NCBI GenBank assembly: GCA_030167865.1
Contig: JALAGF010003870.1
Coordinates: 1-32,029, forward strand
DNA length: 32,029 bases
Reading direction: 5' to 3'
DNA from: Craspedostauros australis
Taxonomy: Eukaryota
This document shows positions 1-7,934 of the stretch, one piece after another. The first letter of the stretch is position 1, and each line of letters opens with the position of its first letter. The notes beneath the pieces were generated by a model that saw only the letters and a list, made by a program, of their open reading frames with translations, was not told the DNA's origin and did not search any database. A program made the position numbers and the translations under genes.

Positions 1-234
1 CTCGATGAAAGACCGTTGACAAAGACAGAACTAAGAGACTTTGCCGCGCTCCTTTTCGGCGAAGAGTCCTTCGATGGTGTGCCAGATCCATCCACGGATT
101 GGAAGGGATTCGTTGCGGACATCGATCGGCTGGTCAAGCAGGAGAAGAAGACATTCAATCCATCGAAGAACAGACCGTCTCCCTGGATCAGCAAACGCAA
201 GCTGAACCTTGCGCATTCCTGCAACATCTTGTGA
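1..234 (+). CDS. 3' end of a vWA-domain protein (paralog of 2362..3831), ending in a CaaX motif; truncated by the window edge
   Basis: Frame 1 from base 1 reads LDERPLTKTELRDFAALLFG..GVPDPSTDWKGF..FNP..PWI..KLN..CNIL*, colinear with LDERPLTKSEIRDYCSLLF..GMPDPSLEWKRF..WNP..PWI..KLN at the end of the 2362..3831 protein. Confidence 0.88.
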   Translation, partial: LDERPLTKTELRDFAALLFGEESFDGVPDPSTDWKGFVADIDRLVKQEKKTFNPSKNRPSPWISKRKLNLAHSCNIL

Positions 235-412
235 GTAGACAATAAAGAGGAGGCAGACCAACAACACATGAAGCATCAGTACGATTTTGAGACAAAGACA
301 AGAGGTACTTGCAGCAGCAGCAGCATTCACCCATGGAGTGCTCTCTTCTATCTCTAATTGCCCCAAGTAACATACATTCAAAACACATTTGTTAATTTTA
401 ACCACTATTGCT

Positions 413-1687
413 CTATTCGCATTGGATGATATCATTCGGCGTCCTGACGCATGCTCTGTATGCAGTCGATCCGTCCGTCAAGGTGAATGCCTCCTTGATA
501 CGTTTCGTCTTCATCTCGTAATCATAGAAAGCCACAGCCTTCCCACCGGCCTGCTGCCAGAGGACGCCTTCTCTCGAATTTGGATTCGGGCTGAGGTAAA
601 TGGCGAGCCGTTGAGTAGCAGACACTATGTCGCCGTTTGCATCACTAACGTCTTTGTGATATTCGGTGATACTCTCGACATCGAGCGTGCTGACCGTCCC
701 CTGACCCAGCGCAACGTGCCGACTGCGTTCCGAAGAAGCAAAGATTGCCGGAATCCCGTCAACCTCGACAGTTTCGGAAGTGCGCGCGGACAGGTAGACC
801 TCCTGTCGCTTCTTTCCCATGGGTCGCATGTCATTTGCAATGCTGCTGTAAAACAAGGTGTACCTGGTTGGATCGTCCCGGTAATTCCATTCGATGTTCT
901 CAAGCCTTGCCAGGGGTTCGTAGGCTCCAGTCAATGACTCGACATTGAACGATCGATCGGTGATCACCTTGGTCTTCGGCACCCCCAATCCCAGATTGAC
1001 AGTCAACTGGTTCGCGGCGGTGTTCGCCAGCGTCGTGAAGTAGTGGAGCTCGTATCTGGACGTGTCACCGATGCTTTCGCTGATGCATCCAGGATACACC
1101 TCGTTGATGGACCGGAACGGAACGTAACCCTTTCCGAACGGAAATAGCTTGCGCTTCAAGGTGGTCTCGACCTCCCACGAACCGAATAGAAATGGCGCAT
1201 TGTACAGTTCCTGACTGCCGAAAGGTGGTTGCTGCAACGGATTTAGTTGCGTCGCGGTCAAGCGCCTTGATCCGAGGTCGGTCTTGATCTGCTGTTCGCC
1301 TTGCTGTCGCCTTTGCCACTCTTCGTCAGCTTCTGCGTACAAAACCTTTGGCGGCATCATCGGGCCACCTCCCATCGGAGGGGTGGGCAGATTCGGCGGT
1401 TCCGCATTCGCCGGTTGTGGATGCTGCAAAGGATTGGCGACCGCGCTGGAGGTCAACACACCGCCAGTGATGCTTGACACAACCCGCAGTGCCTGGCGTC
1501 TGCTTGTGGCAGATCCTTCGCAGCGGTTCTGATGTCTCCCGTCGCCGTTGCTGCAGCGACTGCGGATACTTCGGCTGTCTATTGATAGGCAGTGGCAAGG
1601 CGTGACGACGAGCACCGGCACGAGCACGAGCACGTGCACTAGGACAGGCAGCAAGAGTGAGGTCCCCACGTCTCTTTTGACCGTCAT
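413..1687 (-). CDS. Putative plastid (thylakoid-lumen) targeted protein, DUF6816-like
   Basis: 424-aa intronless ORF. N-terminus: hydrophobic signal peptide ending PCHC-LS, S/R-rich transit region, twin-Arg SRRQAL, hydrophobic stretch, then PANA. Motifs LYNAPFLFGSWEVETTL and VITDRSFN recall the cyanobacterial/algal DUF6816 family (from memory). Confidence 0.7.
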   Translation of the reverse strand: MTVKRDVGTSLLLPVLVHVLVLVPVLVVTPCHCLSIDSRSIRSRCSNGDGRHQNRCEGSATSRRQALRVVSSITGGVLTSSAVANPLQHPQPANAEPPNLPTPPMGGGPMMPPKVLYAEADEEWQRRQQGEQQIKTDLGSRRLTATQLNPLQQPPFGSQELYNAPFLFGSWEVETTLKRKLFPFGKGYVPFRSINEVYPGCISESIGDTSRYELHYFTTLANTAANQLTVNLGLGVPKTKVITDRSFNVESLTGAYEPLARLENIEWNYRDDPTRYTLFYSSIANDMRPMGKKRQEVYLSARTSETVEVDGIPAIFASSERSRHVALGQGTVSTLDVESITEYHKDVSDANGDIVSATQRLAIYLSPNPNSREGVLWQQAGGKAVAFYDYEMKTKRIKEAFTLTDGSTAYRACVRTPNDIIQCE

Positions 1688-2361
1688 GATTCACTCAGTG
1701 TGGGCCACAGGGAAAGCTTCACAAGATGGAATCGATGAAGTGGTGGGAGGGTATGGCAACAAAGTCGAAGATGGAGAATGTGGAGTGGGGAGACTTGGCA
1801 CGGACTGGAGCCATGAGGAGTGGCTCGTATTGTGGATAGTACGATCTTCCATCGGCACAGAGAACGTGACGATGATGTGTGGCACAGCGTCACGATCTTT
1901 CATTTTTTCGGTTGGATTTGATGCTCAACGGGACTGACAACAACATGAATCGCGAGTTCTCAATTCGTGACATCTCGTGACTATTGATTCACGATCATCC
2001 AATTGCCCACGACTCCGCTCGTGATAATTTGCACGTCTGGCCGATTTGTGAATCGTGATGTGCAACCCAAAAGAAGACCTCCACAAAGTCAGCCACAACC
2101 AACAACCAACAACCACCATGGCCGCACATCACCCTCATCAACATCCAAGACTTGAGCTCCACATCACATGACACGACACAACACGACACAAAGATGGAAC
2201 AGCGATGCTTCTTGTTACGAATGTGACGACAAACACCGACTCGAGAACATGAGGTCTCTTCTTCTCATAAAACACGAAACACGAAACACATCAAGCATCA
2301 CACATCGATTCCAAACACCCAACAGCCACAAACACACATCAACGCCAGCATCATCATCAAC

Positions 2362-3831
2362 ATGACCTCCACCTTGCTTCCCACAGTCATGCCCATGAGC
2401 AACGATCCCCAAGGCACCAATCCAGAATCTGCCCCCGTCGTCGTATGCGACCAGATCGCTCCGATGAACGTCTCTGAACGAATAGCCATGAAGAATCGCA
2501 AACGCGAAGCAAACAACGGACGATCTCCGCTGGATGGCAAGCAGATTGAGAAGCTCATCGATCAAGGCTTCACACGCGGTCTCGCACAGTCGCTGAACGA
2601 CATGAAGCGAGGCTTTCCTTTGCGCTACTGGGTTATTGACAACTCCGGTTCCATGGATAGCAAGGATGGACATCTCATCGTTTCCCCAACGTCGTCGTTG
2701 ACGAAGGCTGACAATCAAACACGCATCGTCACGAAGTCATGCAGCCGATGGGAGGAATTGGCCGAATGCGTCAAGTATCACATCGAGCTCGCCGGTCTGT
2801 TGGAGGCACCCACAATCTTCCGCGTAAGTGCTGACTGATTTGTGTGTATCTCGTGAATATTGCCAAGGTTGTGTTTTGTCGTGCGTTGCCTTGTTTTTCG
2901 ATTGAGCAGGACGGGTATGTCTTGCATGCGACCACGCCCCCACTCACCTCGTCCATTCGCCTTCTCATCATGATCGCATCTCATTTCCGCGTCATCGCCA
3001 ACACGCAAACACACGCACGCACTGCTGACACCCGCCCTCCATTCCGAACAGTTTCTGAACAAACCAAGCGCGGCATCCAGCATGTCCGCGGAATTCTCCG
3101 TAGCACGCGACCAAAGCACGATCGCCAAAGACGTAGCGAACGGCCTGCGCATCATGGGCCGCATGGGCCCTGGCGGAGGAACGCCGCTGAAGAGCCACAT
3201 TCTCCAGATCCGATCGGACATTATGTCCATGCTGGATCAGCTGCTGCAAGATGGACAGCGCGTCGTGATCACCATCGCGACGGATGGCAAGCCCACCGAC
3301 ACGACGCAGCAGGGATTCGTGGAATGCCTGCGACAGCTGGAAGGCCTGCCCGTGTGGGTCGTGATTCGGCTGTGCACGGACAATGATGACGTCGTGCAAT
3401 TCTACAACGACCTGGACGAGCAGCTCGAGCTGTCCATCGAGGTGCTGGACGACTTTCAGGGCGAGGCTTTGGAAGTGACGACTGAAAATCCGTGGGTGAA
3501 CTACACCCTGCCGCTGCATCGGTTGCGCGAGTTCGGATACCACGATCGCGTGTTCGATCTGCTCGATGAGCGGCCGCTGACGAAGTCGGAGATCCGCGAT
3601 TACTGCTCGCTGCTGTTCCACGACACGGACGGCATGCCCGATCCTTCGTTGGAATGGAAGCGCTTCCTGGAGCACGTCGCCATGATTCTGGGCAACGAAT
3701 CCACGCGATGGAATCCAGTGGTGAAGAAGGCGACGCCGTGGATTCTGACGAACAAGCTGAATCGCATCCACAGGAAGGGCGGTGCGCTCTCGTCCTTACG
3801 CAAGAAGATGACGCGATTAATGAAGAAGTGA
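2362..3831 (+). CDS. von Willebrand factor A (vWA) domain protein, 2 exons (2362..2823, 3052..3831)
   Basis: MIDAS elements WVIDNSGSM (DxSxS), GGTPL and ITIATDGKPTD. Removing a phase-0 intron joins two ORFs in frame as IFR|FLNKP. The exact start Met is uncertain. Confidence 0.88.
2824..3051 (+). other. Spliceosomal intron (228 nt)
   Basis: Donor GTAAGT at 2824, branch-like GCTGAC at 3024-3029, acceptor ACAG ending 3051. Contains an in-frame stop; splicing restores the frame. Confidence 0.88.
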
Positions 3832-4216
3832 TGTGGTTGGACCGATGATGGTCGATGGGCGATGAGGCTTGGCTCGATTTTGAAGCATAGTCCACGATGT
3901 CCACATTTTCGCTGAACTCTCGCACACACACACTGTGGTATATTTTCCAGATGATTCTCAAGTTGGCTCCCAATCAGTCCATAGTAATCTACTCCATGTA
4001 AATGACCAAATACATGCAAGTACATGGTTCGTTGCTCCACTCCACACCACACTGCCATCCCCCTTAGTCCCACCCTGTCGCGCTGCCATCAATCGGACAT
4101 CAGCATTGTAGAACCACAACACAAGAGAACAGCTTCATTTTGTGTGGCCGGTTTTGTGGATCGATGTTTGGAGATGCGCACGAATCGGCACGGGCCACGA
4201 TTGACGGCTGAAATTC

Positions 4217-4247
4217 AAACGTGACGTCACGTGCCCATGTCACGTTT
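4217..4247. promoter_or_regulatory. Palindromic bZIP-type element cluster (TGACGTCA overlapping CACGTG)
   Basis: Perfect 14-bp palindrome ACGTGACGTCACGT at 4219-4232, plus a 9-bp inverted repeat AAACGTGAC (4217-4225)/GTCACGTTT (4239-4247), about 520 bp upstream of the diflavin reductase ATG. Confidence 0.4.
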
Positions 4248-4661
4248 ACGAGTTGATTCATCGGACTACTGTAGAACGTTCCCCTTCGCCACGCCACGTT
4301 CTTCGTTGACACGATTTTGTCACTCGAGTGAAGGCAACTCCAAACACAAACATCACCGGTGGGAACAACGGAGAACGTTTTTGCCTTCGCCATCGTTCCT
4401 CAACTTGTGACTTTGTTGTGTGGCTCTCCATGCGCGTCTCTGTGTTTGTGTTTGGTGCTGTAGTACGTGATAGTACGTAATGGCGTGGGATGGAGACCAA
4501 GGAACGGAAAGCGACACGGACATCTTGGTTGGGGCTTGCACCACACAACAACACTTCGCCGCTGCAATGTCTTCGCGGGTCGTCTCTTTGCGACCCTCTC
4601 TTGTCCAACATTCAACCCATTATTTCTCAAGGTCCGTCCTGAAACACCCTCCGCCAACGTG

Positions 4662-4752
4662 ATAGCACAATATAGCAACATTACAATACAACAACAGCAA
4701 TACAACAACAGCAATACAACAATAATAATACAACAATACAACGATAGCAACA
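4662..4752 (+). repeat. CAA/CAATA-rich low-complexity tract immediately 5' of the ATG
   Basis: Repeated caatacaacaacag / aatacaacaat units directly before the ATG at 4755. Confidence 0.6.
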
Positions 4753-4754
4753 TC

Positions 4755-7670
4755 ATGGCGACACTCTATATTCTGTACGGCAGCGCGACCGGCAACGCGG
4801 AAGGAATCGCGAAGGACCTGGCAGAGAGACGACCGCTGCCCGCGGGCTTCGACTCCGTGGTCTGCGAGGCCATGGAGAAGTTCAAGAAGCTGTCCGTTGC
4901 ATGGGCGTCGCCCCCCGCAGGCCTGGCCAAGCACGGCGTCATCCTGGTGACGTCCACCACGGGCAACGCGGAGGCGCCGGAGAACGCGTCGCGCTTCGTG
5001 CGCTTCATCAAGAGGAGGAACAACGTGGAGGCCAGGCCGTACACCAACGTGGCGTTCAGCGTGCTGGCGCTGGGAGACAGCAACTACGACGTCTTCTGCG
5101 CCACCGGCATCACGGTGGACAAGCAGATGGGCCTGTTGGGCGGTGTGCGCGCCAAGAAGCTGGCGTGCGCCGATGAGGGCACCGGTTTGGAGGAGGTGGT
5201 GGAGCCATGGACGGCCAGCGTCTTTGATGACATCGCCAAGGCTTGTGCTGCTGATGGAGCTGTGTCAGGTTCAGCGTCGGCGTTGGCGTTGGTGGAAGGG
5301 GAAGTGCAGAAGACAGAGGAGGCCACTGCAGTTGCACCTGCTGCAGTCACACCAACACCAGCAGCTGTTGCACCAACACCAGTAGCCATCAAACCAGTGG
5401 ACAAGGCCAACACGCCGCTGTTCATCCTGTACGGCAGCGCCACGGGCAACGCGGAGCACATCGCCAAGGATCTGGCATCCACCTACGAGCTCATCCTCAA
5501 AAACCCGGACGCCAAATGCTTCTTCCCCTCCGTCATCTGCTGCGAGGCCGATCAGTTCAAAAAGAAGTGCCAGCCCCACTGGGAGACGGAGCCGCAGCCA
5601 GGCACGAAGCACGGCGTGCTGCTCATCACCAGCACCACGGGCAACGGCGACGCACCCGAGAACGTCAACCGATTCACGCGATACCTCAAGCGCAAGACCA
5701 CGGTCGAGGCGCAGCCATTCCGGCACTGCGCCTTTTCCGTCCTCGCGTTGGGTGACACCAACTACGATCAGTTCTGTGAGACGGGCAGGGTCGCGGATAA
5801 GCAGATCAAGCTGCTCGGTGGAACGCGTGCCAAGCCGTTGGCCTGCGCTGATGAGGCCACCGGTCTCGAGGATGTCGTGGATCCGTGGTGCCACACAGTC
5901 TTTCTCGATATTACCAATGCTTGCAAGGTCGACGCCAATGAAACTGCCATCACCACAACTGCTGCAAAGCCAACTGTCGTCGCCAAAACGCCCGTGCCAC
6001 CGGCGTCATCGATCGCCGAGGAAAAGAAGACGGAGATGCCAGGCGAGGTTGCCGAGGAATCCTTCGGTGTCCGTGCGCTGCGATCCCTGCTCCAATTGGA
6101 GTCATCCGCGTCCATTCCCACCGTGCCCAATTCTTCCCTCCCATCTTTGCTGAAGAGCAGATCTTCCTGCGAGCTCATCGGCGATGACATGGACATCAAG
6201 AGGGATCGCGCTGACTCATTCTCCAGCGTCGGTTCCGGCGAACCAATCTACACCTACAGAAATCCATACTTCTCCAGCATCGCCAGCGCAAGGTACCTCA
6301 CCAACACCTCGACCGACGGTGCGGCCAAGATCGTCGACGCCTTCAAATCCACTGGCATCCAATCCGACGACGACATGCTCAGGTGCCATTCCATCCTCGA
6401 CGGCGAATTCCTTCTGGGCGCCGCATCCGACGCAACCGTCAAGGAGCAGCCGGAGATCGAGCGCAACGGCAAGCGCGTCATCGAGTTGAAATTGAAGCTG
6501 CCGGAGGATTCCACGCTGGAGTACCAACCCGGTGACTCCTTGGGTCTCATCGTTCCCAATTCCGCCGAATCCGTCGCCTTCGTGCTGGCCATGATCCAGA
6601 GGCGTCACGGCATCGCGCCAACCCAAAAGATCCTCATCGACGCGGAGAAGCACACCACGGTGGATGAGGCATGCCGCGAGCAGTTTGATCTCTGCACCGC
6701 CATCCGGCACAAGCGCACCCTGCTCAATCTCAGCCAGCTCGCCACCAGCGCGGAGGAAGCCGCGGCGCTGCGGTACCTGTCGTCCAAGGACGGCGACGCC
6801 ATCTACCAAACTTACATCGTCGACCAGCGCAAGACCATCGTGGGTCTGCTGCAGGACTTTCCATCCTGCCAGAAAATGTCCCTGGAGAGCCTCTTTGCCT
6901 TGCTGCCGGTCCTGCCACCACGTTACTACTCTGTCGCATCCAGCCCGCTGCACCAATCGCCATCCGAACAGGAAACCGACAACACGCTGACCATCGCATT
7001 CTCGGTGGTGGATTACGTCACGCCATCTCTCATGATCGCCGGCAAGGAGGAAGGCAAGCGCCGCGTGCACGGAGTTGCCACCAAGTACCTTGAGGCATTC
7101 TGCGCGTCGCACCTTGCAGGCGCGCCGGCAGAATCTTTCGAGATGACCGCCTCATTGCCTATCTTCCCCAAGGCCACGGCCGATTTCCGTTTGCCCCTCG
7201 ACACGTCGGTGCCAATCATCCTCATCGGTCCGGGAACGGGCATCGCGCCGTTCATGGGATTCCTGGCAGACCGCAAGGGTACCGCCGGTTCCGTCGACGT
7301 GTACTTCGGCTGCCGCCATGAGGACCACGACTGGATCTACGCCGATGAGATGAAGCAGTATCAGCAGGACGGCACCATCAGCAAGCTCTTTACCGTCTTT
7401 TCGCGTGACAACAGGTCACTCGATAACAAGGTCAAGTACGTGCAGGACATCATGCGCCACAATGAAGAAGCCTCTCAACGCTTGCGAGATATTCTGCTGA
7501 ACCAAAAGGGAATGGTGTACATCTGCGGTGACGGCACGCACATGGGCCGCGATGTCCAGGTTGCCATCGCGGAAGTGCTTGGAAAGGATCTCGGTGGTGC
7601 CCACGAAGGCATGAAGGCGATTGTGGAGATGAAGGCGTCGGGACGCTTCCTTTTGGATCTTTGGGGTTAG
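4755..7670 (+). CDS. MTRR: Diflavin oxidoreductase, methionine synthase reductase-like, with two N-terminal flavodoxin domains (971 aa)
   Basis: Two FMN domains, each with ILYGSATGNAE..TSTTGN..PEN..FSVLALGD(S/T)NYD.FC..ADE.TGLE. FAD/NADPH module with YQPGD, PRYYSVASS, IILIGPGTGIAPFMGFL, YFGCR, KYVQD, YICGDG and C-terminal DLWG. No N-terminal membrane anchor, which argues against a CPR. Diflavin reductase is secure; MTRR orthology is less certain. Confidence 0.8.
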   Translation: MATLYILYGSATGNAEGIAKDLAERRPLPAGFDSVVCEAMEKFKKLSVAWASPPAGLAKHGVILVTSTTGNAEAPENASRFVRFIKRRNNVEARPYTNVAFSVLALGDSNYDVFCATGITVDKQMGLLGGVRAKKLACADEGTGLEEVVEPWTASVFDDIAKACAADGAVSGSASALALVEGEVQKTEEATAVAPAAVTPTPAAVAPTPVAIKPVDKANTPLFILYGSATGNAEHIAKDLASTYELILKNPDAKCFFPSVICCEADQFKKKCQPHWETEPQPGTKHGVLLITSTTGNGDAPENVNRFTRYLKRKTTVEAQPFRHCAFSVLALGDTNYDQFCETGRVADKQIKLLGGTRAKPLACADEATGLEDVVDPWCHTVFLDITNACKVDANETAITTTAAKPTVVAKTPVPPASSIAEEKKTEMPGEVAEESFGVRALRSLLQLESSASIPTVPNSSLPSLLKSRSSCELIGDDMDIKRDRADSFSSVGSGEPIYTYRNPYFSSIASARYLTNTSTDGAAKIVDAFKSTGIQSDDDMLRCHSILDGEFLLGAASDATVKEQPEIERNGKRVIELKLKLPEDSTLEYQPGDSLGLIVPNSAESVAFVLAMIQRRHGIAPTQKILIDAEKHTTVDEACREQFDLCTAIRHKRTLLNLSQLATSAEEAAALRYLSSKDGDAIYQTYIVDQRKTIVGLLQDFPSCQKMSLESLFALLPVLPPRYYSVASSPLHQSPSEQETDNTLTIAFSVVDYVTPSLMIAGKEEGKRRVHGVATKYLEAFCASHLAGAPAESFEMTASLPIFPKATADFRLPLDTSVPIILIGPGTGIAPFMGFLADRKGTAGSVDVYFGCRHEDHDWIYADEMKQYQQDGTISKLFTVFSRDNRSLDNKVKYVQDIMRHNEEASQRLRDILLNQKGMVYICGDGTHMGRDVQVAIAEVLGKDLGGAHEGMKAIVEMKASGRFLLDLWG

Positions 7671-7934
7671 ACACTGCGCCTCTCGCAACGGAGTCACCCT
7701 GCTCCAAAGTATAATACTTTACCTACTCTACACACATAATACTTGATTCTTATCTTCTTTTTTCAAGTGCTATTTTAGCCGTTTAGCAGAACACAATGCT
7801 CTGCTTCCTATGACTCCTGCACTTTTCCTGTTCCCTTGTATTGAATTGACTTGACTTGGCTCTTCCCGCTCCAACAATACTCCTCCTCCCTCTTTCTGTC
7901 TGCCAACTCTCGTACCATCTTCAGAGCAAACTCC

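Noticed and set aside
4467-4754. N-terminal extension of the reductase ORF in the ORF track
   Set aside because: Non-ATG start running through a CAA-rich UTR-like tract; the flavodoxin fold starts right at ATG 4755
6216-7112. Long antisense ORFs over real genes (also 389..937, 2992..3771, 8577..9338, 13795..14661, 14790..15548)
   Set aside because: Expected shadows of GC3-rich codon usage on the opposite strand; no domain motifs
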